Assembly: GCF_023055435.1 (NCBI RefSeq)
Contig: NW_025964001.1
Coordinates: 21,328,001 to 21,392,000 of the forward strand
Source: Haliotis rufescens
Taxonomy: Eukaryota
Direction: 5' to 3'
Length of the DNA: 64,000 nt
Shown piece after piece: positions 12,091 to 25,324 of this stretch; within the stretch, counting starts at the first letter, position 1, and each line of letters opens with the position of its first letter. The notes under the pieces were generated by a model. The model did no database searches. It worked only from the letters and a program-made list of their open reading frames with translations, and was not told the DNA's origin. The position numbers and the translations under genes were made by a program.

Positions 12091-13696
12091 ATGGAACCTG
12101 GTATTTCGAAGGGGATTGTGTTAGATTTGCGGGGCCTAATTTGATTATATTGGGTAAATGTTTTGGTTGAAAAAACAGCATTGACGTGCATGTAAACAGT
12201 TGATACGTGGAGACGAGTTATTATTGTCCCCCCAGCCATACATGCAGCTTTCGTATGGCGCTATAATTATTGTGTACGGTAGTCGAAAGTGCATGTGAAC
12301 TATGGTACACGAGAAGAGCTATGCACGCTTTGAGGTCAGGGTTGAGGCTTCTGTTTTAACACAGATGGCTGGGAGTGTTACGGACCCCTTCGGCCGAATA
12401 TTCTGTATACAATGTGTTACATATGGTCTTCAGCAACCCATGCTTGTCGTAAGAGGCGACTGTGCTTGTCGTGAGAGGTGACTAACGGGATCGGGGGGTG
12501 AAACTCGCCGACTTGGTTGATGCATGTCATCGTATCCCAAGATCGATGCTCATGATGTCAATCACTGGGTAGTCTGATTGAGGCTCGATTATTTACAGAC
12601 CGCAGTCATATAGCTGGAATTTTGCTGAGTGCGGCGTTAAACACAACAAACAAACAAACACAGGTTGTTCTTTCACATAAATAGCATTTACTTACTTTCA
12701 TTAGTAAGAAATAACACGTATCTCACGCATGATCTGCACATGAGGTATATAGCATGTATTTTATGTGCCGTTGAAGCGACCGCCCTGTACTAAATTTTGT
12801 TTTCAGATAGATCGTACTTTACGGATTTCATCCACACAAGATTTACAAACTGTTATCAAGACATTGACATTTCTATGCTATATCCTTACTTTTCATAGCA
12901 ATTCGACCCCAACACAGTAAAACCTCTTAGAACCCAACACGATACGTATACAGTACTATACAGCTATCTCTTAATAATAAATGCAAGGTCTAAGCTATCT
13001 CTACGTATGACAAAAGTGGATCAAGTTACAAATACAGAAAGGTTATACCCAGAAGTAAAGAAAGCGAAGATGATAATGCAATCAGTGCACACAATATAAT
13101 AATGCAATAATATTTGAGACATTGAAAAACAGGTCTTCAACTGAACCTCTTTTAGTTCACAGCATCCCCTGAAAATATTAAAGAATATGTCAAATTGTTT
13201 CTGAGAAGAGATTGGCGGGAAGGCTGTATACTAGTATTTTAATCACTAAAGTGCGCTGCTACGGCGTCCGTTTTGAATAAAAAAACACAATAGTTTACTT
13301 CGTTGTAGTTGGTAGCTGCAGACATTTAGAATGCTATGTGTTTGTTTGCTTGTTGCTTGACGCCGCACTCAGCAATATTGTAGCAATATGACGGCGGTCT
13401 GTAAATAATCGAGTCTGGACCTGACAATCCAGTGATTGACACCATGAGCATCGATCTACGCAACTGAGACACGATGACATGCATCAACCAATCAGCGAGC
13501 CTTGCCGAAGATAGTGTCACTTGATCCAACTGTCTATGGTAGGTATACAACGGCGGTCTGTATATAATCGAGTCTGGACCGGACAATACAGTGATTCATC
13601 ATGAGCATCGATCTACGCAATTGGGATACTATGACATGCATCAGCCAAGTCAGCGAGCCTGACCATCCGATCCCGTCCGTCGCCTCTTATGACAAG

Positions 13697-13860
13697 GGGC
13701 GGTCGGGTAGCCTAGTGGTTAAAGCGTTCGCTCGTCACGCCGAAGACCCGGGTTCGATTCCCGACATGGGTACAATGTGTGAAGCCCATTTCTGGTGTCC
13801 CCCGCTGTGATATTGCTGGAATATTGCTAAAAGCGGCGTAAAACAATACTCACTCACTCA
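13697..13860 (+). mobile_element. tRNA-derived SINE family A (tRNA-Asp-like head) nested in a family B copy
   Basis: A box TAGCCTAGTGG, GTC anticodon-like loop, B box GGTTCGATTCC, (CTCA)n tail. 13-bp TSD CTCTTATGACAAG at 13684 and 13861. Confidence 0.9.
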
Positions 13861-15920
13861 CTCTTATGACAAGAATGAGTTTCTGAAGGCCAATTCATGC
13901 ATGACAGATTAACCAGAGTAATAATATTATGAAAGATTCAGGCGGTCTATAACTTTTTATATAAGTGTAACAAGAGTCATCAGAAAGACATATCCTCCCG
14001 GCAGCTGTCTGTAGAGTAACCACAAGTAAATGTGCAATACTGTGTGCAATGAGTCAAGAGTTGAATGTTCTGTAAGAAGCATACATTGTTTACCAACCAA
14101 ACATCCACCATGGTCGCATCCATATGAAATGGAAAGTAAAACGTGTGTTTCTGTGGCTTTTTTTATGCAAACAAATGACAAATAACAAGAAACAATAACT
14201 ACACAAGCGTATAGTCTATATCTATCATCTATATCCCCCGCCCATTTTAACACGTTATGGTCCCAAACCAGGTAACTGACCCAACATTTCTCTTAGCCCA
14301 TGTCAAAAAAGCTGCAATCGAAATTCTAAAATAAACATTTCTAAAACTCCTTAATATCAAATGGAACCAGTTCAGTTTTTGAGTTACGCTCCGGAAACGA
14401 ACACCATCCTTATAGAACCAAGTCCAACTTGTTGCCATGAAAACGTAAAAAATAAAATTTTGAAAAATTAAAATTAAAAAGAAAAGTGGAGTTTACAATG
14501 GGTGTATTGACGGAATATGGCTGATAACGTCAGCAAATAGATATAACACTTCAGTCAATCAATCAAGTCTTATTATATAGAATACAACATATGTTTTAAA
14601 TTAGACATTTCGATGAATTATAAGTAATTGTGTGTTATCAAAGATGGAATAGTTGTGTTATTACATCATTTTGCTGAATTGATAATATACTCTGGAGTTT
14701 GGCAGTAAAGCTTATTCAATTTTTTTTAAAATGGAAAGACGTAAAATTTAGTTTCTGTGCACTTTTCCGTAAAGTGACTATAAGCTGGACAAATAACACG
14801 AAATGATATTCATCTTGGAGATGGGTGAACTTATAAACTATACATTTTCTAAATTCGCGAGGAATATTATCAGGCCCAACTTATAAATTTATTAAAGTCG
14901 TCTTCTTTTAACCATGTTTCATCAAAAACAAAAACAATGTCATGTTGTGATATGAAAGACAGAAAGTCGTTATCAGTGTGTTTGTTGGTTCAACCTCCTT
15001 TAGTCCAAGCCATGAAAGATAAGTGTTTGCCTGTTGAGGCACTCCAGCGCTGACCATCCCGTGAGTTTCCCAGAGATAACCGTCGACCTCGTATTGACGA
15101 CAACACGCGCTCATACATGACCCACAGCTGGCGATGTCCCAAGTGTACTTATTTGCAGCTGGAGCCGACAAGTGATGTCCATCACCTTCCTGAGTTGTAG
15201 GATGTTCCCAATAACGGACCTGCCATTGTTATAAGTAGCCCCTCTTGTTCTCGGAACCTAGAAAGTTCCTCAAGTTGTCGCTTCGTGATGTCATTAGCAA
15301 CTCCAGTGTAGAGTTTAACTAAGCTGTCCTAACCTTGAGTGTCGAAATCTTCTTCTCTGTGTAGAGATATGTTTCTAATAAAGGCCTCGATATTCCGGGG
15401 ACAGGTTTTCATTGACTGATTGATTTTCTGTTGTTTAACGACGCACTCAGAAATATTCCAGCTAAAATATATGGCGACAGTTTGTAAATAATCGAGTCTG
15501 GACCATCAGAATCGATCTACGTAATTTGGGATACGATGACATGCGTCAATGGAGGTCATGGAGGCTGACCACCCGATCCCGTTAGTCGCCTCTTCTGACA
15601 AGAATGAGTTGCTGAAGACCAAACCGGACACGAATCTTCACAGGTGAACAATTATTGTTTTGCTGCCTTGACTCAATAAATGCCCATATAGTCCCAAAAT
15701 GACACAGAAGGGAACTTTGTATTTAGACATATGTTATTGATAACAACAAAAGGATTGATAAAAAATGAATCACTTAATTGCCTCTCTCTTTAACCTTAGA
15801 CAAAGGTTATATCAGTGCCATTCTGTTTTCTTGAACGACGAACAACACAGCGTTCAGCCATGCTCATCTCGGCTGTTGGCGAAAATAATAGCCTTGAGAC
15901 CAACGGATGGCAATCGAGTG

Positions 15921-16603
15921 GAACGGTGAATGGTATACGATACGAAGGACAGTGAATGAATGGTATACGATACGAAGGACAGTGAATGGTATACGATACG
16001 AAGGACAGTGAATGGTGTACCATACGAAGGACAGTGAATGGTATACGATACGAAGGACAGTGAATGGTATACCATACGAAGGACAGTGAATGGTATACGA
16101 TACGAAGGACAGTGAATGGTATACGATACGAAGGACAGTGAATGGTATACGATACGAAGGACAGTGAATGGTATACCACACGAAGGACAGTGAATGGTAT
16201 ACCACACGAAGGACAGTGAATGGTATACCACACGAAGGACAGTGAATGGTATACCACACGAAGGACAGTGAATGGTATACCATACGAAGGACAGTGAATG
16301 GTATACCACACGAAGGACAGTGAATGGTATACCATACGAAGGACAGTGAATGGTATACCATACGAAGGACAGTGAATGGTATACCATACGAAGGACAGTG
16401 AATGGTATACCATACGAAGGACAGTGAATGGTATACCACACGAAGGACAGTGAATGGTATACCATACGAAGGACAGTGAGTGGTATACCACACGAAGGAC
16501 AGTGAATGGTATACCATACGAAGGACAGTGAATGGTGTACGATACGAAGGACAGTGAATGGTATACCACACGAAGGACAGTGAATGGTATATACCACACG
16601 AAG
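15921..16603. repeat. 26-bp minisatellite, ~26 units
   Basis: Unit GAAGGACAGTGAATGGTATAC(G/C)A(T/C)AC. Confidence 0.95.
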
Positions 16604-17309
16604 CACAGCCAAGGATATAGATACGACGCCAGACGCCCTCCACACATTACGTTGCTGTGTCGGATGAACGGAACACGAAAGAGTTGGAATGTAACAGAAC
16701 AGAAAAATGTGCTATATAGAATATGTAGAGATGGTATGAAACCTGTGATTGAAATGGCATTTGTTTCATGATCAGTCAAAACACCGAAGCAGAGTACAAA
16801 GTTAAACTGTGTACTTGAATCTGATAAAAGAAACACCGCCTAGTGTTGGTAGAGACTAACATTTAGTCCCTGCAATAATGTCATCTTATTAAAAAATATA
16901 TGTCTACAAAATAAAAAACAAACAAATATGATTCAAAGATTAATTTCAGAGCTGAGGAAATCTAGACTTGCTAAATAATCCCAGACTTGAGTTGGATTCC
17001 TTTATTTTTATTCTCTAGGGTGAAAGACTGGTGCTGGTTGCAAGATCGAAACTACTGCATTTTCTCTTGGTACAGAGTCAGTTCTATATGTGACACGGAA
17101 CTATTGTCACATGAGTGTAACACCCGTATGGTTTATTTAAAAAAAAAAATTTCTACATGTTTAATATATTTCTATAGCTTTACAAAATTATTTGGGTTCG
17201 TGTCAACTTTAATCTAGTTTAACGATGTAAACTTCCTATAAACCAGCCCACTGTAACACAAACCTGTGCATAAAAACAAACATTATTCATTGAACCCCCC
17301 TTCATTTTC

Positions 17310-17630
17310 GTGTGGTAGAGCGACCGCCCGGAGAGCGAAAGGTCCGGGGTTCGATTCCCAAAAGACGTTAAACGATGGTACTTGTTGTTACCCGGCCTGT
17401 TGTCACTAAGGGGCTAAAACAAGGACTGGTCGGCTCGGAGTCAGTATACTGTGTCTGAGTGGGGATTTAATGTTAAATTGCGGCATGGTATCTCAGTGGG
17501 CCAGCACTATAAAATCGGCATTAGTCCGGACTAGTAAAAGCAGCCACACACACACACACTCGTGCATGCATGCACATCGCTATATAAGTGCAATAATCAT
17601 GGACGCAACGTTAAACCCCATTTCCCCTCA
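17310..17630 (+). mobile_element. SINE family C copy
   Basis: Homologous to 7708-8093. Confidence 0.8.
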
Positions 17631-18140
17631 CTTCATTGTCAGTGTCCCCAACCTTGTTAATCCGTCTCGTCAAACTGTCATATTCATATCCATGTGTTTG
17701 TGTATGTTTACAATGTCCAACGTCCTGAAGAAACGCCAGAGTTGTTTTCCAGCGACCGCGAGCTGAATGTGTCCCCTCACCTAGGTATAAAAATATCTGA
17801 GCTTGATCTCCGCTCATCTCATGTATGTCGGACCTGGAAATCTTCCCACTGTTTTGTTATTAATGCTAGACCAGATGTCTTCTCATTGTGTAATTGTTGT
17901 ATCCTTTAGTTTTTTGTCCGAAACGGCGACGCCAATGGTATCTTTCCGTTCTCCCAAGAGAGAAGTCCATGCATGTAACTATTATTGAAATACGCATCTT
18001 GTTATAGCTTGGTGTAGGTTGCACAGTATCTGAAAAGCATGCATATAGATGCAGCGTACACAACTGAGGGTGTGTGAGTGAGTATCGTTTTTACTGCGCT
18101 TATTCCAGCAATATCAGTCATGGACATTGTACCCATGTGG

Positions 18141-18410
18141 GAGACCCGAGAAGATTCCGGGGTAGAATAGGTCTTCAGCAACCCATGCTTGCCGTAAAAG
18201 GTGACTATGCTTGTCGTAAAAGGCGACTAACGGGATCGGGTGGTCAGGCTCGCTGACTTGGTTGATGCATGTCATCCTTCCCAATTGCGTGGATCGATGC
18301 TCATGATGTCAATCACTGGATTGTCTGGTCCAGACTCGATTATTTACAGACCGCCGTCATATAGCTGGACTATTGCTGAGTGCGGCGTTAAACAACAAAC
18401 CAACCAACCA
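18141..18410 (+). mobile_element. Full-length family B retroposon nested in a family A SINE (~18075-18487, minus)
   Basis: TSD ACCCATGTGG / ATCCATGTGG splits the family A copy. Confidence 0.88.
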
Positions 18411-20072
18411 TCCATGTGGTAATTCAAACCCGTGCGTTCGGCGTGACGCGCAAACGCTTTAACCTCTGGGCTACCCAACCGCCTCCATACAGCTGAGAAC
18501 TCGGTTGGACTGTGTCACGCTGGAGCATTACAAGGTCCTTAGACTTTTAGTTTAAGATTCTTCCCTTGCATGCAACTTCATAAACCACTCCAAAGTCGTA
18601 CAGTGACGAACACACAATACAGCAGCACATTCTCGTGGGAACAATTAAATAAACATAAACCAATATTGCAAAATATCTCTAACGGCTGTGTTCACGCGTG
18701 TCTCGTCATCAAAATCAGTCACCATGTCAAATGCAGTATTGGGTATGTTCACTTTACACCAACCGCGCAACCTTTCAAACTTTTAGCTGGAATTGGATTC
18801 AAAACACAGGTACCCTTAGACTAACATTTAGTCTCTGAAATCTTATATTACACAATATCCTTCTTGACTCTAAAAATAAAAAAATTCCCTATGCTGATTT
18901 CTATGCTGGAATAGAGCTAGCTTGAGCTGGCTAGACTTGCTTTTGTATGCATTTCTAGATTATTATTTTTTCATAAAATAAATATATTCCACGGTCATGG
19001 TGCAGGACTAAGGTACCCTTAATAGCGTCTCCTATTTCTCTCCATTAGTATAAGTAAACTATAATTCGATAAATATATCATATATCAAATAAATACCATT
19101 AAGCGCATGTGACGTATGTCAATAATATAACGAAATGTATATATGCATATGTATGTATATGGCTGTTACAAATAATAATGTTAATGTAATACATATTGGC
19201 CATAACATATTATATCTCTTTCATTTTAATTTTATATGTGGTATTGTGGTTTAAAAGAGCCATAGCCTTTCTAAGCGTCTATGTATTTGTTATATTCAGC
19301 CAGGATCCGTGTCGCATGTCCACACCGTGACGAATAGTGTAGTATACATAATATATGTTACGTCCAGCAAACGAACCGACGACTGACCTCCAGGCTTGAA
19401 AGGCTTACATAATCGGATGAGGTATAATGTACGCCTGTTCGTGAATAACCTCTGCATTATAGCCCAGGGATAAAACTCGCTTACATGCACGACATAGGAA
19501 GCAATGAACCAGGGTTCAAAGAGACATGTATAAGGTAGCGTGGTTGTATGCCTATACATTTGTATGTCATACCGTATTATCTGTGTTACTAGCGCGTATA
19601 CAGCAGACATGCAGTTAAAAGAGTCACAAAGCAGGACAATATCCTTGTCGCCTCTTACAACCCTGGGTTGCTGGTAGCTGTGGTTAGAGTATCTGTTCCT
19701 TTTTAATGTCACTTTTTCTATGTCACTATACTGGGGGCAAGGGATTTACAGTGCAACAAAAAATAAAATCTATTTAAACTATATTTAACAATAGATTATT
19801 TGATTTTTAAATAGTATTAATTGAATGTAAACTTTGAACAAGGATTCCAGATCAAAATAAAATAATGGTGGTTTTGTTTTCCCTGGAGACATGTCAAGAA
19901 ATACTGAAGGAGAAACCCTGCAGATATTGCTGGGGACCTAAATACAGTAGAACACGGACATAACGAACTACATGGGACAGGAGAAATCAGCTCCTTATAT
20001 ACATTGTTCGTTGTATACATTTTCGCTCGAAAACGTCCGCCATCTTGGATAAAACAAAACGCAATACACGTA

Positions 20073-20394
20073 CCGCATTCGACGTAATAAGCGCCCAGGG
20101 AGCTCAGAAAATTAGAAATAGGGGGCACTTATTAGAATATTATTTTGGTGAAAAAAAAGTTGAAAGATAAATTTCGTGGTTTATGCTGACAGCCTGAAAT
20201 GTTTATGTACGACAGATATATTTTTCCAGAATTTAATTGCCCATAATTAAGTGTGCATATAACACGAGTGCGTATTATATGCAAATAAATAAGTCTTGTG
20301 TACATTGATCAATCGGAAGGGGTGCTAGTTGGGATTGTTCGCTAGCCAATATATTAGCAAATATCGCTGTGGGCGCTTATTACGTCGAATATAG
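20073..20394. mobile_element. Tc1/mariner-pogo-type MITE
   Basis: TIR CCG(C/T)ATTCGACGTAATAAGCGCCC preceded by TA; inverted homolog at 47478-47802. Confidence 0.8.
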
Positions 20395-20849
20395 CATTCA
20401 ATTAATAACATGAAATTCCCGACTTGCATGTCTTTATCATCGGAATATGCTCGGCTAATTCCGTAACGCTTTTCTGCAATCGACTGGACAATGTCCTCAT
20501 ATATATATGTTTTACGTTGTTTTTTTCAGACAAGATTAGTCCAATCACATAAACAGGTAACATTAACATGAAGCAAGTTTAACAAGGTTGAACTGTCACC
20601 GCTGATTGTATTGATTCGCTGCGATTGTGTTGATTCATCCCCAATTGCCTACAACCAGTTGTCAGTGACACTTAACACTGAGTGAGATTTCTCAGTTCAT
20701 TATATAGGTCACTAATTAGTGGTATATGAGCTTTTCAGGGATCAGATATCAGTTCGCTTTATACATTGGTTCGCTCTATCCCTGTTCATAATATCCATGT
20801 ACTGTGGCGCCCCAGGGTATATATATAACACTGTGTCAGCTTAATGTGG

Positions 20850-21179
20850 CCTCAAGGCCTTAGGCGTATTCTTAATAAAAACGGAACTAATAAAACGCAT
20901 CTAAAAACACAATAACCTACCAAATCAAAATCACATAAACAAACAAACATCCACCATACCCAGCTCCCTTAGTTCTCCTCCCCAATCCCATCGGCATCTA
21001 TTCCAAATCTCAAAATTCCCAAATTCTATATAAGCAACCCCTAAAACCCCCCTCTTGGGTTGCACAGACCACCTTCGCCCCTTTCGGAAACACATTAAAT
21101 GGCCTGGCCGGGCCCGTGTGCGAAATACGCATGTCGGAAAGCGCACGTTAAATCTCCAAAGTAAGTAAGTAAGTAAGTA
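20850..21179 (+). mobile_element. 3' end of a LINE (I/Nimb-like) inserted in a family D SINE
   Basis: TSD AGCTTAATGTGG at 20838 and 21180. Reads LKALGVFLIKTELIKRI*, then a C-rich 3'UTR, a stem-loop with GTTAAA and an (AAGT)n tail. Confidence 0.7.
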
Positions 21180-21474
21180 AGCTTAATGTGGGAGCAAGTC
21201 CCAAAGTGACGCAGGTTGCACGCTTTGATACCACTTTGGAGAAACCCACATGCACGGGTGTAGTGCTGAAAGCCGGAAACGGGATTTGAATCAACAAGGG
21301 ATCCCGACACAGAAAAATGGACTCTGCACAGCTATAGGTACAGTGCTTCCTTGCCACCTGTGAACCTGTAATGAAAGGTGCCTCATGCTTGGTAAGGCTG
21401 ATTATGTCGAAAGATGTTTATCCACCTTTTAAGTATGTCAGCACTTTCTTCAGTGGGCAGAAGACACCTCTTGG

Positions 21475-21752
21475 GTGAGTGAGTTGGGTTTAACACAGCT
21501 TTTAACAATATTCCAGTTATATCAAGATGTGTCAGCTTAATGTGGGAGGAAAGCCAAAAGAGGTGCAGGTCTTAGATGTTTTACCACTTTGATGAAACCC
21601 ACGAGCTCGGGTATGGTGCTGACAAACCTAGAAACATAATCGTGGTGAATGGGGATTCGAACCCAAAATCATAGGTTTCTGGCGTGCCCAAGGGGCGCAG
21701 CTCTGTACAGCAAATTGCGGTGCCTTACGACGACTGACCACCCATGCCCCCA
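21475..21752 (-). mobile_element. SINE family D copy
   Basis: Homologous to 41509-41787. Confidence 0.8.
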
Positions 21753-21896
21753 GACACCTTGAATTCTTGGATGCTGTTGGACATTTTCTGTAGCTGAGCT
21801 GAAAACAGCCATTGTACTGAACTGTGATCAGTGTGTATTGTTTATAGCAATATTGCAATAATGTAATGAATACCTCAGTAAGTGTGATTTCTGGTG

Positions 21897-22062
21897 TGAG
21901 TGAGTGAGTTTGGTTTTACGCCGCTTTTAGCAATATTCCAGCAATATCACGGCGGGGGACACCAGAAATGGGCTTCACACATTGTACCCATGTTGGGATT
22001 CGAACCCGGGTCTTCGGCGTGATGAGTGAACGCTTTAACCACTAGGCTACCCGACCGCCCCC
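21897..22062 (-). mobile_element. SINE family A copy
   Basis: TSD GATTTCTGGT. Further TSD-flanked copies at ~34560-34735, 40613-40776, 43370-43544 and 54162-54326; partial copies at 52775 and 61580. Confidence 0.9.
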
Positions 22063-22651
22063 GATTTCTGGTATGATTTGATGATTATAAGTGCATAATT
22101 AAACAATCCCGTAAATCCTCAAAATGTGTGTTTTCTGGTCTGTCCCACTTGAATGAAAGGTAAACAGGGAACTATTGCTTGACTAACCTACCTTGACTAA
22201 TCCTGCTGTCTGACAAATGGGAGGTTACCCTTTCTTCCACACAGCCCTTCTCTGACCCTCACACCTTTCAGTGTGAGACTTCATTATATACTGCCCATTG
22301 ATAACATAGCTGATATGCCACACAGCAACAAATAACACAAATTCACTTACAGATCAATGTATTTATTTACATTAACATGTCAGTAGTTATACAATTATCA
22401 ATGTGAACGCTTTCATACAATGTTTCTTATTCATCACTTTCATGCATATTGACACATACACTTGTGTCTTCTCTGCTGAACGGCAACTTTAAAACAGCAG
22501 AGGACGAACACTTACTAGGTAACTAACATGTCATACCCCGTCAGTACAAAACAACACTGGTGAAGTAAAGATGACAGGATGACTCGGTATCAGGAGTTTT
22601 AATGCTGGCGGCATCACACATGGCATGACCTGATCCAACGTGCCTGAGTAG

Positions 22652-22996
22652 AGGTGAGGTGAAATGGGTTTAAAGTCGCATCCAAGATTATTGGACTTAT
22701 ATAGCGACGTGCATGTACGTGTGTATGTGTCTGCTTGTACTAGTCCGGACTGATGCAGATTTATAGTTCTAGCTCACTGAGATACCATGCCGCAGTTTAA
22801 CATGAATACCCCACTCAGACACAGTATACTGACTCTGAGCCGACCAGTCCTTGTTTTAGCCCCTTTATGCCGAGCGCCAGACAAGGTAACAACAAGTACA
22901 ATCTTTTAACGTCTTTTTGTATGACGAGGCCAGGGATCGAACCCCGGACCTTCCAGTCCGGGCAGACGCTCTACCTCAAGACCAAAGAGGCGGTCG
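22652..22996 (-). mobile_element. SINE family C copy
   Basis: Homologous to 7708-8093; flanked by TGAGTAGA repeats. Confidence 0.8.
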
Positions 22997-23601
22997 CGCA
23001 TGAGTAGAACACAAAATATACAATGGTATACTATAACAAACTGTCACACTCAAAACCAAGATTGTCAGAATGAATATATTACAAGTGTAAGGTTGGGCAG
23101 TGTTTTAAATGTTTAAATACAAATTGATACTCTGTCTGACAGAAAGTTAATTATATTTCTGCTAGTCCTTGAGGCCAAACACAAATTCTGGTCACTGCCT
23201 AATAAAATGATCGTCCAATTGATGTCCCCCATTAATGGGGTTTTACAACCATCACCGGAACCACAAGAAAGAGTTTTACACCATCAACTGGCCTATGAAT
23301 GGTGGTAGCATCAACCCCTTTTTCCTTTTTAACCTTCATCAGTCAAAAGATCACTCCTAGACTAACAAGTAGTCTATGAAATCTTATATTACACAATACA
23401 CTTCTCGACTCTAAAATTAAACAAATTATATCCCCCAATGCTGATTTCATATGTGGAATAGAGCTAGCTAGAGCTGGCTAGACTTGATTTTGTATACATA
23501 TCTAGATTTTTTTTTTTTTATTCATAAAATAAATATATTCCACAATCATGGCGCAGGACTAGCTCACTCACTGCAGTTAAATATACAAGGAACTACATCA
23601 A

Positions 23602-24042
23602 TGTAAAGCAGCTGCCAGACACATGCTGATGCTGACAGTATCTTTCCGTCTGTGTTTGAAAAGTCTGTAAACATTCATAATTAAGAAATATTTTTATTTG
23701 TCACTTTACTGTAACCATATCCTGTTGATATTGGTATATTTCCTTCAAGTTCTTAAATAAGTATCTGGCCTCAGTTAATTGCTGTGAGATGTCCCAAGAC
23801 ACCTGCTTATCATTTAATTTCTCGCCAAGGTTGAACCAATTGTTTTACCCAGCCAGCCAGCCAGCCAGCCAGCCAACCACAAAGCACATTGTTCCAGCTC
23901 TAATTAGCCAACTTACCCCATATAAACAAGCCCATTCCAGTTTCTACTGATTTAACCAAGGTAGTTGGGGTTTTCAGGTCTACTGTCTTCAGTATTATTC
24001 AAATACATGGACCAGAACATCTTTTTTTTTTTTTTTTTTACA
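23602..24042 (+). repeat. 5' LTR
   Basis: TG...CA; shares long blocks with 35190-35567 (e.g. AACCAAGGTAGTTGGGGT.TTCAGGTCTACTGTCTTCA) despite indels. Confidence 0.8.
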
Positions 24043-24060
24043 TGGTGTCAGAAGAGGGAT
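24043..24060 (+). promoter_or_regulatory. Primer-binding site (tRNA-Leu type)
   Basis: TGGTGTCAGAAGAGGGAT directly after the LTR CA; complementary to a tRNA-Leu 3' end. Confidence 0.8.
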
Positions 24061-24263
24061 GAACACTCTAGGAGGATCCCCAGCTGCTGGAGAGGTTGGA
24101 TTGGATTTATGTACACTCTGTGAACGCATTCCAGAGGACCCGTTTCAAGTTCAAGGAAGAGTGTCTCAAGTACCGGATGTGCAGTGACTGTAACTGTGAC
24201 CTTTACCTGTGGCGGTGTTGGTGAACCTTACATGAACTGTGAAGATGAACATCATAATGTTCC

Positions 24264-24729
24264 TGATCTCATTAAAATCAAATCTTAGTTCTCGTTACCG
24301 CTAAACAAAGATCTGAAGACATCCCATTAGGGGTCACGTCAGAACGACCTTTCATCCGACTAATCAGAGCATCGCTTACCAGATTATGAAAGTGACAGTC
24401 AGAATGTGATTTCTAATCATGAAAATTCCGAACGATAGTTATGGGTTTAAGTACTGAATCCCTTCAATCTAGACCATCTATTAGCCATTCCAGAATGTTC
24501 TTTTGTTCAGGTGTCAAATTTGTAATCGAGAATTTGTCAAAATATGTTTCAAAGTGTAGTCGCCAATTTGAAATTAGTGCTGTTAAGAATGAGAAAGCTC
24601 CCTTCTGATTGGTCAATCCATTGGTCGGTCAAAGTTCATGCAAGGTCGGTCTGACGTGACCCGTAATGGGATGTCCTCATATCTTTGTTTAGTGGTAGCG
24701 AGAACTAAGAAATGGTATCAATGGGATTG
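24264..24729 (-). mobile_element. Long-TIR element with 9-bp TSD (AcademH-like, family H1)
   Basis: About 80-bp TIRs; TSD TAATGTTCC/TGATGTTCC; inverted homolog of 44138-44626. Confidence 0.75.
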
Positions 24730-25324
24730 TGATGTTCCAAATAAAGAATCTGTTATCTGTCCTATCAACAGTTTTGTTGTCCCATATTAAGTTGTTCCAT
24801 TGCATTAACAGATTGTCATACATTAGTTACAGCCAGGAGACAATGAAAACCCCAGAGGAGAAAGTGGCTGAATTAGCTAACGAGGTGCTGCAGCTGCGAA
24901 CAAGACTAAAGGACTGAAATGCCTGCATCTGAAATCATGGGGCCTGACCGAAGACTATCTTGATGGTTTCAGGCAGACTTCTGGCAGATTTAGGGGTGGC
25001 CAGAGAAATCAGGCGATCCATCGGTCTCTGACTGGATTGAATATGTCAGAAGTCATGTATGATGACATTGTCACCTGTTCCCTCACAATATGGTTGAACT
25101 GTTTGATCGATTGGTTGAGTTGGATCCAACACTCAAAGAAAGAAGAGGAGACACCCGAAGGGACGCTCTGCAGACACTGTCAATGATGAAGGATGGAAGG
25201 AGGAACTAAGAAGATTAAACATAGAAATTCCAAGTTTGTAATATGGAACACTGAAAGTGATCAGTTTGAATTCAAGTGCATTCCAAAGAACAAGCCAGCA
25301 ACAAACAGGGGCATGATCAGTATA

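Noticed and set aside
13697-13770. tRNA-Asp gene
   Set aside because: The acceptor stem is not closed, the sequence continues into a SINE body and tail, and it is TSD-flanked with many copies.
15117-15185. WRCPKCTYL RanBP2-type zinc finger
   Set aside because: Lacks the Asn and the second Cys pair; short frame with flanking stops.
15921-16603. CRISPR-like arrays (also 30552, 36170, 51912)
   Set aside because: Head-to-tail units with no unique spacers, no cas genes, eukaryotic context.
15796-16836. Three overlapping 259-346-aa minus-strand ORFs
   Set aside because: Artefacts of a stop-free 26-bp repeat cycling through all three frames.
19817-20128. 103-aa minus-strand ORF with CAAGATGGCG start context
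   Set aside because: Begins inside a MITE; the ATG frame stops after 18 codons; no recognisable domain.
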